From Bugula neritina (Eukaryota; Animalia; Bryozoa), in the NCBI GenBank assembly GCA_964035545.1, contig OZ037767.1, positions 19,484,628 to 19,548,627 of the forward strand: 64,000 nucleotides of DNA. Reading direction: 5' to 3'. The notes beneath the pieces are model-generated. The model did no database searches. It was not told the DNA's origin and saw only the letters and a list, made by a program, of their open reading frames with translations. Made by a program: the position numbers and the translations under genes. The stretch's first letter is position 1. Every line of letters begins with the position of its first letter. Shown here piece after piece: positions 27,891 to 40,340 of this stretch.

Positions 27891-30303
27891 TATACATAAT
27901 ATATACTATTTACTGCATGTTAATATAATATATTTGTCTCAAAGTTTGGAGCTTTTGTTTCACTATTTTAAATTCAGAAAAGGGCAACTTGTTATGTTTA
28001 TGCAGTCAGGCTTTAACTTTTGCCAAATTAACGGCTTTCTCTTAAATTAATTAGTCTATTTTTAGATTATGTTTAATATATTTACTCACTAAATATTATA
28101 TGTTGATTGTTGAATATATGCTGTATATTATATAATTTTTAAATAGCAAGTAGCCTGATAAAGGCACCTGCTATAGACAGTAGAGGCTTAATTCAGCTTT
28201 GTTTTAAAATTTATCATTTTATCACAAGATTTATTTTAACTGAACATGGAAATGGCAACTTATCATAATGAAAATAGAAAAAAGTGTATTATTTTGAGCA
28301 CGGTAAGAGTGAAAGAATTTGCACAGCCTGGTATTTCCAGAATAACCCAATACGTAGTGCTAAGCTTGCCTGGGTAAACCCATTAGTCATCAGGCATGTG
28401 ACATGAATGGAATAAGCCAGCAAACAAGCCTCAGTTGTAAACAGCTTATCAATGAACAGACACTGATAACACAAACCTCTTAATGCATCAAAATTTGCAA
28501 GTAGTTCAATTGTCAAGTACTTGTTTATCAGCCTAAGTATTTCACAATGTAGGCTGGGAATTACATTTTTCGTTGATTTTTCATCATCGCTGCTCCAAAT
28601 ACATAATCCAGGATCATTTCTATCATAAAGCAACCATAATGTAGGAATTTTTTAGATTTTATAAGTTTTGAGTTTGATATCAACTAAAGTTAAGCAGTGT
28701 TATCTTTTTAAGACTTTTTCAGTCTAACAAAGTGAGGTGTACCATAGGTGAATAAATAATAACATTAGCTGATGGTTAATAAAAGGAGATGCTATAGAGC
28801 TAGTGATGTGACATAAAATAGTTGAAAATGTAAAGCTTGATTAAAGACATGGCCTGGAACACAATTTATTATATCTAAACTCTTCAGCTGCTAACTCAAT
28901 ATGTTAAATTAAGACTCATTTATAATATTTCTCTCACTGACCATTTCTAATTTTTATAGAAATATGTGCAGATTTACAGCAGCCAGAAAAGAATATTGAA
29001 CTACATCATTAAGAAAAATGGCACATTACACTAATCACAGCATACTTAATAAAAACGTTACTCAACAACACTTCACTGTGGCGCATATTGGCACTTGCTA
29101 TGGTCTATTACAAGGAGGACAACTTCTATTGTTGGAAACAATCATCTAGTATAGTATGCTGATCCAGAATGATTTAATTTTAGAACTTTAACCAGTCCTC
29201 TAAAAATAGTTGCATGGTTGTGTTCAAGCATACTACGTGTTTTCTGATGTCATATGAGAAGACCCGACTTCATATACTGTATGTAGCTTGTTTAAAGATA
29301 AATTACAAGAAAACAGCATTTGAAAACTTTCTTACCAGTTTGCTACTAGTGCTTCGGTTCGAGATGTTAAATGGTTACAATGACAGATCCCGTCAAGTGT
29401 TTTTGCCATTTGTTTGTACCAATTTACTTTTATTTTCTTTATGTTTTTTATTTTTAATTTTTAATAAATTGTTTTTCAGTTCACAAAATAGTTAAAAAAT
29501 GCATATTATAATAAAATAAATGGCACTGGTTCAACTTGCCCCCTGCAAAAGTCTTGCAATAAAAAAATGGCTCTCTTAGAGAGTAAAATGTTTATGCATT
29601 TAGTTTTAATGGACAAAGACAGCAAAATATGATTGACTTTGATGGTCTTTAGACTGGCAAAATAGTCCTTCAAAACATATATATGCTCAAAAACACAAGT
29701 TTTGGTTCAACTAGTCCCACCCTCCCCTATGTGTCATATATAAAATTACAGCATTCACTTTTCAGCTCCTAGACTATAATATAGTACATTATACAATGCA
29801 CTATATATCACACCAAAGATCCAACATTTTATTATACGAGTACATCTCAGTACAGTGGGTTTATAATTAATTTATAAATTGCTATATTACTGTGAGAACC
29901 TCTGATGGAAAGGCTGTGACTAGATGCCTTTCCTTAGCTCACCACACTAACCAATCAACTACTGTTTTACTAAGTCACTGCTCAGTGCCACTACACAGCT
30001 ACACCTGCTCTCTGCATTACAGTACTATATCGGGAAGTTTTAACTAGTTTAGTAGGTGAAAACTCACTTTTTTGTAGCGAAAATCATGACTTAAAAATGT
30101 ATATATATAGTGATGTTGAGGATGTACTAAGTTTTGTATTTTATCAACTTACTCCACCATAATATTATCCACAAACCTATCCTTTCTAGTAAATTGTTAT
30201 CACAATTAACAAGTTCCAGGTGTATTCTATATATGATAAAAGTAGAACATACTGTACATTATACAGTAACTTTATATAAATATTAGGGTTTTGCTACTGC
30301 CAT

Positions 30304-32844
30304 CACAGTTGGTTTAAGGTCATACGTTTCATTTTCTGGCTCTTTGCCAGGTGCTTTATGTTCTATATGAACAATGTTCCACTGATAGCTCGAACAGGTT
30401 GAATGTCACAGGAACAAAAAAAATATGAAAAGATAAAGAAACTTATGTTCTCCAATATACTTTTTTATTTTTTTCAAAAGCCAATTCATGTTTAAGTTAT
30501 AGCTTGTTGAAAAACATAGTCCCCCTTCCACATTCTTTTCAATTTATACGCTCCTGACTTGTTATTGTGTCTCAATAATATGCCTTGTATTTGAGTGCTT
30601 ATTAGTCTCGCTTCACTAACTTTGCCTATACTTCACAAGTGCCAGTGCTGCTGGCTCAAAAGCTAAATGTTATAAACTGTCAGCTAAAACCCAATCTTGT
30701 ATTCTTAGGTTGGTTGGCCTAAATAAAACAATAGTCAAATCATGATTTCATGTTTTAAAAATGTACTCTATTCTAACCTGCTGCCTAGCTAGTTCTCTTT
30801 TTGATGTATAATTACAAAATTTGTGATACATTTTTTTGGCAACCATGTGATTTATAAAATGCAGTAATGGTACTTATAATATTATATTATTATCATTATA
30901 ATATATTATATAGTATTATGTGTGTTTTTATTATACTGCATAATATCTATTTTATTATTGTTGTTGCGCAAACAAGTGCAATTAACCTAGTTTTCAAAAT
31001 GTACCTCTAAATTATCAGAATATCAGTTTAGATATTTTCATGCTTTGTTAGGTAAACCTAAAAAAAGAGGCTGTATTCCCAAAGTAAAGGGTGTTGAACT
31101 ATGAACTATATTAGATTAGCCACTCTGCTACCAAGTGCATCAGTATAATATTATATGAATAGCTCTGATGCTTTGTCTCCGGTGGCTGGCTGCGATATGA
31201 TAACTTGGCCAACTTCCAAGAGTTTAAAATTGGCGCAATTATTCAAGAGGTTACATGCTGCACAGAGCTAGCAGTGATAGTAACCTTGCTATTGGCAGTA
31301 CTTATTACAACTGCCAGCATATAAGCTGCATTGTAGAATGCCGTTGGGGTAGGCTAGTAAAACCAAATTCTGCTCTCTAATATACCTTAGACACAATGCA
31401 GCAACATAATTGTTCATTTCAAATTACATTGCCACCCTTACATGAGCTGTGGGCTTCATAAAGATTCATATGATTAGAGATTTATGCTATAGGCTAGCTA
31501 TGATGAAAATAACACACCATTGTCAAAGTTAACTTCAAGTATGTTGTTTTCCAGAAACTCAGTAATGTCCATTTATCTCTTGCATACAAATACTTATGTA
31601 ATAGCATACAGTTTAAGTTTTATTTTAGAGCACATCTGCAAACTCTACAATAAGAGCTTGCTTTACCAGTCTATTTCAGACCTGTTTTTGTAGCTAGTAA
31701 TACGCAAGCTACTTATTTTTAAACTTTTGGGTTATTTGTTCAAAACCATTTGCTTTGACTGCTATCAACATGAATTGACAGCCTAATAATTATAACCCAT
31801 TTGGGCGCGAAATATTTATGTAATGATAGTGACTCAAATAGTGCGCGTTCCATTAACGATGACTGCGTGGTCCAGAGGTTAGAGGCGTCAGCGACGTGTT
31901 GGTTGGTCATGGTTCAACCCTGTTATGTTGCAATTTTTTTGTCAACTTATGCAAATCCCACGCATGTATAATAAATATGGCTATAATTGTAAAGTTTTTT
32001 TTTAACTTTTGTTCAACAGTAAGACAACATACATGCATAATAATTAGATACTGAACACTAGACTAAATCTTAAATTGATCTTATAGATTACAATGTACTT
32101 AAAATAATCATATGTGAATTAGAGAAACTGAAAGTATACACCTGCTGCGCTATAGACAGACCTTTACTGACAAGACTGCAAAGTGAAGTGATTTAGCTGA
32201 AATTAACTCTGCCAAACAAACAAAGAATTATGTTGTGCTGAGGCATTTTCAATATAATATTATTGTAACATAGTGAGATGATTCAGCTAAGTGCTAATGT
32301 AAAACAGGGAACATTATATTGGCAGAAATCCAATAGATTGCCAATTTGTGCGAGAGGGTACTATATGTTATTGTGATAGCGCAGAGCGGCAAACGTACTA
32401 GGAATGTTATAATTAGTCACAGGAGCGTAGCTAGAACCACCATATGAAGAATTTAGAAAATTGCAGTGAAACTTGCAAAATGGTGTATGTTTTTACCAAA
32501 TTGTGAAGAGCATAAACAGAATTTCAAAAAACAAAGAAAGTATATTAGAGAAAACATATCAAGGAATGTCAAGTTTAACTTTTAGACTTTATAAAATGAA
32601 TCCCCTGTGCTACAGCAGTGGAACATGGAGGGTGTAAAATTTTACTTATTATGCAACAACTTTCTCAGAAAATTTTTTATTGAAAAATTAAAAAAGTATA
32701 TGAAAGAGGAATGCAAGAACTATCTTTTCATGTAAAATTTGTTAATGTGAGACAAAAACTGTTCGAGCTATCCCCTGGAAACCGTTTATATATAACATAA
32801 AGCAGTGCATGAATCTGGAAAGTAATGACCTTAAACTAACTGTG
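30304..32844. mobile_element. Transib-like non-autonomous DNA transposon (2541 bp)
   Basis: 20-bp TIRs CACAGTTGGTTTAAGGTCAT / ATGACCTTAAACTAACTGTG (1 mismatch). 5-bp TSD GCCAT (30299-30303, 32845-32849). A single GCCAT/GCTAT is present at the paralogous empty sites (~14227, ~18165, ~26382). No long ORF. Confidence 0.82.
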
Positions 32845-32990
32845 GCCATGCATCTCAATGCTAACATTTGCTAAACGTGTGGCTAATTCCCGCAAATTAT
32901 ACATCACAACCTCCGCATATTTACTGTTTTATGCTAATTGTTTATACTGCTGCCTGTATAATATATTTACTGCTGTATACATAATATATA

Positions 32991-32998
32991 GGGGTAAC

Positions 32999-33030
<32 letters not shown>

Positions 33031-34301
33031 ACGATCATAGCGGTACAAAAAGCCGGCCAAATTGTGAGAGAACTTATTGACGTAGAGTTGTGATTTTTTT
33101 TCATAAAAAGGTATTGACACAAATATTCAGCCATTGTAGTTTCAACACTTGCAGAGCATACGTGTTGAAAAGGGGAGTGAAAAACTGTTTTTACCTACTC
33201 TTTGTAATATTTTTAAGATGCCGTTAAAGCTTTATAACTTTTTTCACTCAAAAGCAACAAGTCTAGATTTTACTGGTTTTGTTGCCATTGCTTGTCTCTA
33301 CATTGCCTAACTAGTATAACAGCAAACTCTAAAATAAATTTTCCTTGAGGCACATTTATGTTTAATTTGGCCATCTGGGGCACAATGGGCCACCTGATTA
33401 TTGTACCCTGATTCCTGCTATTAGTTTGTTTGCCCAAAAAATTGGTTGAAATGTTACTAAAATCTACAGATATAGCCATTTCTGACCTTTTTGTAAAATA
33501 TCAAAGACATCATGGTAAGACTACCAAACTACAAGGTGAAGCTCCCCTAATATATACATCTGGTGAGGTTAAAGCTTTGCAATTTTATACATAATACAAA
33601 ACACTCTGTGTTGCTACTAGTAGATAGTCATGATATTCATAATATATTACACCATTGACGGAATATACACGTATTTGACTGAAATAAATTGTTATTTGTG
33701 ATTTGCTCATTCGCTCCCCCCTCTCCCTTCCGTAGCCATGCATGCACTTTAGCTACAGCTCATAGAAAAAAGTCAACTTAGAATTTTGTAGTACATGCTA
33801 CTAAAGTTTTTTTTTCTGATAAAAGTTCCTCTGAAGTGCAAATAAAAAAAACATTTTTAGTTCTAAACAGTAGTGATAATGACACCGTAGAACCGAGTGG
33901 TATGCGTTTAATTTTGTCTTCCTCTGCTATCCGTGGTGGCACAAACTGTACAGCTAAAACATGAATTTTGCTTTAGATCTGAAAGAATATTTGTATTTAT
34001 TTGTAATATTAAATAAATAAAAATCAGATGCAACAAAATCTGCAAAGTTTCAATATATTTGTTGTGTCCCACCCAGTGGCCCATTGTGCCCTGGTACCGG
34101 GGCACAATGGGCCGATTTTTTCGTCATGAAAGTTTCATTATTCTGAAAGTTGTGAGAGAGATAGAAACAACAAACTGATACCTGTAATAGACAACAGATG
34201 CGGCATTAAGACTAGAGATTATTGAACTTGCATGTAACTTGAAAATCAGATGAATGAGAGCAACAAATGCAAAATTCGGCCCGTTGTGCCCCCGTTACCC
34301 C
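32991..34301. mobile_element. Non-autonomous TIR DNA transposon with TA TSD, copy 3
   Basis: Same family; the left TIR has an expanded poly-G; TA on both flanks. Empty site (aatataTAttacttact) at ~18301-18317. Confidence 0.92.
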
Positions 34302-34304
34302 TAT

Positions 34305-34550
34305 TATTTACTACTGACTGTATATTTCTGCTGACTATATATCTACTGCTGCATGTTAATATATATTTACTGCTGCATGGCTATATATCTACTGCTGCAT
34401 GTTAATATATATTTACTGCTGCATGACTATATATCTACTGCTGCATGTTAATATATATTTACTGCTGCATGTTAATATATATTTACTGCTGCATGTTAAT
34501 ATATATTTACTGCTGCATGACTGTATATTTACTGCTGCATGACTGTATAT
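34305..34550. repeat. 22-24-bp minisatellite (ATATATTTACTGCTGCATGTTA-type)
   Basis: Tandem units are visible; paralog of 18230-18470 with a different unit composition. Confidence 0.85.
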
Positions 34551-35042
34551 ATAATAATTCAACTGCTGCTAATAAAAATATTGGTTGATCAACATGTTAA
34601 GGTAGAATTGTTCAGACATAAATGAAAATGAGAAATTATCACTGCAACTTTACGTAATTTTAGTCTACATATATATTTAATTTAACTTCAGTGGAAACCT
34701 GAAACTTCAGAGTTATATACCAATATGTTACAACATTGGACATCTACATTGGTAGACTTTTTAAGGCATATAATATTGTATGAACAATAGGTCTGTAGAA
34801 AGGCCTAGCCTAGTATCTGCAGTGCACTTAGATCAAGATAAATTTGTGTGCCAACTTGGTAAATGAATTGTATGAATGGAGTCTTCCAAGTTCCAAGGAT
34901 TCAACAATTAGCAGTAACTGTGTAATCATCCACCTTTGTACCTTTGTCTTAATAAAATATGAAAGCTATTTAAACAATTTGGGCGGAAGTTTTGTAATGA
35001 AGCAAGTTGAGCAAGAATCTATGCTAATACAATGCAATGGAA

Positions 35043-35263
35043 TCTCTGGGTTTATTATGAGACAAAAGACGGAAAGTACAGGAATTTTCAATATGATTAC
35101 ATAAAGCCGGCAAAACAAAGAAATTGGTATTCCAACATTCCAACATATTATAATATAATATGCTGGAATGTTAGACTGCCATATTTTTGTTTTTCCAGCT
35201 TCATACAATCATAATGGAAATTCCTGTACTTTCCGTCTTTTGTCTTATAATAAACCCGGAGAC
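35043..35263. repeat. ~220-bp imperfect palindrome (foldback / MITE-like)
   Basis: GGGTTTATTATGAGACAAAAGACGGAAAGTACAGGAATTT.. is mirrored by ..AAATTCCTGTACTTTCCGTCTTTTGTCTTATAATAAACCC, with the centre at ~35155. Confidence 0.8.
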
Positions 35264-36261
35264 TGCTGCTGTCATTTTTGGTCTCTGGGAGGGGGGGGGG
35301 TCTTACAAGATTTTTACTTTTTGATGTGGGTAAATAAAGTAGGACTTTGTAATCACACAGCACTTCAAATTTTTAAAATCAGTCAAATAGAACTAGAAAT
35401 ATGTCAGGTTATACACACAGAGGTCCATAACAAAAGACTTTTATTATTCCGAGTAATCAACAGTCAAAGTTCGGTGATCCAAAAATTATACTAAATTCGT
35501 TGTTGCAGTATATATTATATACAATTAAGATAACATGAAAAACAACATAAAAAATAAAAAGACTGAAACTAAAAGACTAGATACTGGAAATAATAATAAA
35601 TACAGAGAGTATAGCTAGCTGTCTCTCCAGTAAGACTGGCAAGAAGTAAAGTACTGAGTCTATTTGTATAGTCAAGTAGTTCAGATAGATCTACTGCGGC
35701 ACTACTATTCTCTATAGTAGCCGTCAGACTTTTTGAGTAAATACAAGGTGCTCCATCACACTCATTAAATACATAGTAGCATTATTAGTATATGAATATA
35801 AAGTACCTATAGCATAACTTCATATAAAGTAAGTATGAAAAGAAAAATCCTACTGATAACTATTTGAAAACGTTACCAGAGAAGAAAAGCCGTACAAAAA
35901 CATTAACAAAGAACCCTCAGGCAGTCAACATTCCAAGGAGTATACAACTCAGGACAGCTAACCCAAGACATGATTCTTCACTCACTAGAAGAATAGGTTG
36001 AAGATTCTTGCTAATTATGCTGAAATATGTTAGAGCATCAGTGTATCCTCAGCACCGTCCACAGGAGTTACATCATCTACATTACAAAGACAAATAACAT
36101 TATAAAAACCATTTATCAGAAATATAGCTAAAATCAGTGTTTACATTATGATACATCACAGTTTCAATATTACAATATAAATCATATTTTCTCTAGATAA
36201 TGTAGGAAACCGATCACACAAAATGGCCGACCGAATGCATGTCACGTGTAGGAGAGGATGC

Positions 36262-37293
36262 TCACAGCTTACTTGATTTATTATGTTCTTTCAACGGCTC
36301 CCTTGACCACCGAGGATTCTTACTACATTTAAGAGCTACAAACACAAGAGAGACTACGAGGCCAACAGCAAAAAGAGATACAAAGACGTAGGCAGCTATT
36401 CTGGAGGGAGGGGGGATGCTGTGACGTCCCATATGAGATTTGGAGTTGAGCTCCCTCTGGCTAGCCTTATTACTGGGAGCAGTTGGGGACGTCTTCAGCA
36501 GAGCTTTAGTAAGCACATATCTGGTGATAGCTGAGAGCTCCCTCGACCTAGCTTCAGAACCTGTGTGACTGGTTGCAGGTGAAGCTTCCTTTGGCGTAGC
36601 TTCAGTACTCGAGAGGTGCTGTGATATACCCCTGGTGCCCACAGATCTGGTGGTAGACGAGAACTTGCTGGGACTGCTATGAGAAGAGTTGTAACTGGAT
36701 ACGTTGAACGTCGAAGAAGTGGGTTCAATGTCAGCACAGGTTCTGTTATAATCTACAAAACCTGAAAAGGGAAATGCTAGAATTAGAAAATTACAATCTA
36801 TAGAATAAAATCCCACCACCACTATAATCACATGACATCAGTTTACTACTGTGTGTGGGAAAACTTCCATCATCTTTTAAATAATCAGCTTCATTTACTT
36901 TTCTCATTTACTAACTTTATACCGACGAAACTGAACACATAATGAATAAGTATATAAAAAATAGTATGCTTTGCTTTAATAACTACTTTAAACTATCTTC
37001 AAAGCACAAAAAGTAGATATTTTGTATTTTACCTAAAATATTGCTGCAGTAAGCTCACCTGGGCAATAGTAGAGACATTTGTAATTGGGAGCTTGCATTC
37101 TCTTTCGACACAATGTAGCACATGGTTTAGTTTGTGGATGGGCAGAGGTGACATCACTCCGATCTATATAACACTGGTTTTTGACAGGACTAGCTCCTTG
37201 CAGACTACACTGCTTGGCGCCAGCATTACAGCCAGCCCAACAGCCAGTTGAAATACACAGCACAAGCAACAGCCCAAATATGTGCTTCTTCAT
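36262..37293 (-). CDS. Single-pass type I membrane protein with one cysteine-rich domain (TNFR/Grindelwald-like), ~244 aa
   Basis: Exons 37293-37059 and 36761-36262 (phase-1 intron). Signal peptide MKKHIFGLLLVLCISTGCWA; Cys pattern ending CATLC-x10-CLYYCP; S/T-rich stalk; TM segment IAAYVFVSLFAVGLVVSLVFVAL; short basic tail. An acceptor AG lies directly before the ATG, with a probable 5'UTR exon ending near 38111. Confidence 0.8.
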
Positions 37294-38290
37294 CTACAAC
37301 AATGATCACCCCACACTATTTACTATTAGCCCACATCAACGGTAAAGCATTCAGCTCAAGTTTAGTGCAAGTGAAAAAATTTGTATTCCTAAACAAATCA
37401 CAATTTTAGAAATCTGCTAAAATATGTTAGCCCTGCAGGACTTTTCAAATTTATAATACCATAAAAACTTCTTATTGATAAGCATATGTAAAGTAAATTT
37501 CGTAAATTGCATACTTCATGTTGATACGAAAAATTCTAAGACAGTTCTAATAATCATAACATGACCGGCTGGGTAATGGAAATGCTCAGAAAACATTTAG
37601 CAGAGTGTACAGTAAGGATATGATCAAGTTTACAGTAGCTTGTCAAAACAAACATGAACATAAAGTTTAGTTTGCAAGTGTATTTTGGTCAATGAACTTC
37701 CATCAGCAGTGTTAAGATTGAACTGACATAATTATGCAAACTAACAGAGAAATGAAAAAAAGTAATGGCTTGAAGTCTGCAACACAACAGTAGCTTTTTA
37801 GGCAATAAGAACTTAATGCTAATTAATTTTAAAAGCATAAGTAGATTGTCAATAGAAAAAATGCTTTCCTGCTGGATCAATGAGTTGTACTTGTAACTTA
37901 CAATTTGAATTAGGATCTGCTAACCCCTTCCTTGACTATTATTGTGATTCGTTTTACAATCAGTCTGTGAACTACGAGTCTGCCACATTGCGATTAACTT
38001 TAATTTCACACGCCGTTATTAGTTATTAGTAATACTCATACTGATAGTATGGACTATAGTCATAGACATAGTAACTATGATAGTTTATTAAATTAAACTT
38101 CAAATCTAACCTTTGCTTATTTGTGGTTGAGTCTTTATCTTGTTTAATTCTTTAAGCTTCAGGTTATCAGTTTCTTTAACCTTGAATAAAGTCTTCTTCA
38201 CAGCGGTCAAGTGTTTTTAGAACGAACAGCTTTGTCTTCTTGAGTTGGACAGCCAGAATGAGAATGAGCGAAAAAGTATGCGTCAAGTCC

Positions 38291-38349
38291 ATTTATAGTC
38301 ATTATACTCGTATTACGATTACACCACTGAAAGTGAATTGGGGTTTTCC
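38291..38349 (-). promoter_or_regulatory. Putative promoter of the receptor-like gene: TATA box plus NF-kB-type site
   Basis: TATAAAT on the minus strand at 38297-38291; GGGGTTTTCC at 38340-38349, next to GAAAGTGAA. Confidence 0.45.
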
Positions 38350-39399
38350 ATTTTTAGTCATCTATACTTACAAATACTGTCTTGGGACTTGGGGGGTTTA
38401 CACTTACTAACTGAGTTTTACTGTTAGACTTCAACGACAACTGATTAACTTTAAGCCACGCCTCAATTGAAAATCTTGTCAATATAAACCTTCCCATAGA
38501 ATGGCCGAGTAAATAGTGAATTCACAGCGAGTACTTGAAGTTTTAGTTGAGCAGCATTTCGATTTCAACTATCCATTTTCATTGTGATTTTCATTCTGAT
38601 TCTCATTCTGATTCTGGCGAACCGCTGCTTTGACTTTGAATCAGGGTTCACCGAAAAAGTCATACTAGTTGGAGCATGGTACACAGCTGGTGAACACATC
38701 TATCAATCTATCAGTATTAAAATCAAGGAAATTTCCTGCACGAATGGAAATTTTACTTTCCATTTTTCTTTATGCGTGATGGAACAGATTGTCATGGCAG
38801 TTCTCAAGTGCATCAACTTTCACCGACGCCAGTGGTTACTTGGCATGTAGCCAATCAACGATTGATAGTGTTTGCCGAGCAGACGTCGGAAATAGTTCGG
38901 TTAAACAAATTTGAAAAATGATCGTAGGAAAAGACTAGAAACACGCTGGTTAGAAATTTCAAAGCTCGAAAAGTTTACATTATGTAAATCGAAAAATTGG
39001 AGTTATCTTTCTCAAAATCAATTCAGTTTTATGATGAAAAAATATGATACGTACTAGTATGAAGTCAGAAATCGCCTGAAGCAGCACCAAGTTGGGGGTG
39101 ATTAAGTGCATTGATTCTAAGGTTTCTCGAGTTCGCAGTGCGAACACCGGCATGTACAGAATGACACGTTCTACCTAGTCACACTTGACTCGGTGCTGCT
39201 TCTAAAATTTCAATTGCTTCTTGAATCGGGCTGAGGGCTTTCAGTTTATGAAAATCAAACTGATTCTGATAATCAGAAAAATTGAATATAATAAATTGCT
39301 GAAAACTTATTTTGGATTTTTCTGAATTTTCCAATTTGAGTAAAAGTCACTTGTGACTCAACTAATGTGATTGATTTTGAATCAGTTTGAGTACCGTAA

Positions 39400-40340
39400 G
39401 ACATAATGATAATGCTTAACAGTTAACGGTAATGCCTAAGGCTAATACTAATACTAATAGTAATGCCAATGGTAATGATGATCACATAATCATAATGATA
39501 ATCATAATAATAATGATAATGACATTCATATTGATATTGATATATTATTAATATTCATATTGATATAAGTTATGACTGATATGACTATGAGTATCAGTAT
39601 GACTAAGATTCAGTGGCGATGTAAAATTATTAAATTTAAATATCAAATTCAATCATCAATGATCAATGTCAATATGAATATCATATTGAATATGACTGTT
39701 AGTATTACTATGAGTACTAGTTTTACCATACATTAGTTTAGTTACTCTAGTATCAGTATGCGTATCACTATCACTACCAAACATAGGTAGAATGGTGTGA
39801 GAATCGCTGCCAGCCTGTTTCATGTCAGTTGTCAGCAAGTATTACTAGTGTACTACTAGTACTAGTACTAGAGTAGTAGTGCTAGTACTAGTACTAGTAG
39901 TACTACGAACTTCAAGTATTAAGTACCAACAACTACTAGTATTAATACTGCTGCTACCAACCCCAAGCACCTACTTTTATTTTTAGTCCTAGGGCCATTG
40001 GCTGAATGAAAGATTGCCCATGGTCTGTTAGTATTACTTTAAAATCACACTACTAGTACCACTTTCCTGGTGGTACTAGTAGTACTAATACAGTAATAGT
40101 AATACTATGAGTATGTCTATAGGCTACTATTGGTATTACTATTAGTAATAGTATTATTATTAGACTTAGTAGTACTACTATTACTATTAGTATTAGTCAC
40201 TAGACTAGTAGTAGTAGTATTACTATTAGTAGTAGCATTACACTAGTATTAGTAGTATAGTAGTTATAGTGATTGGTAGTAGTAGTATTAGTAGAAAGAG
40301 GAGCAGAAGTAGTAGTTGTAGTACTCAAGTAATAGTAATT
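39400..40340. repeat. Low-complexity AAT/AGT/ACT trinucleotide-rich tract
   Basis: Degenerate (TAA)n, (TAG)n and (ACT)n runs. Confidence 0.8.

Larger units (their letters stand above)
19875..39056. repeat. Segmental tandem duplication, copy B
   Basis: Collinear with 5115-19830. Lacks the LTR element. Carries the Transib-like element, two TA elements and the 2.8-kb receptor segment. Confidence 0.9.

Noticed and set aside
12993-35494. Recurrent short ORFs (MNEQLQSSD.., MAISIDFS.., MPRYRGTMG.., MVMFKHTT..)
   Set aside because: They recur only because the underlying duplications and transposons recur. They show no domain motifs, and lengths or frames often differ between copies.
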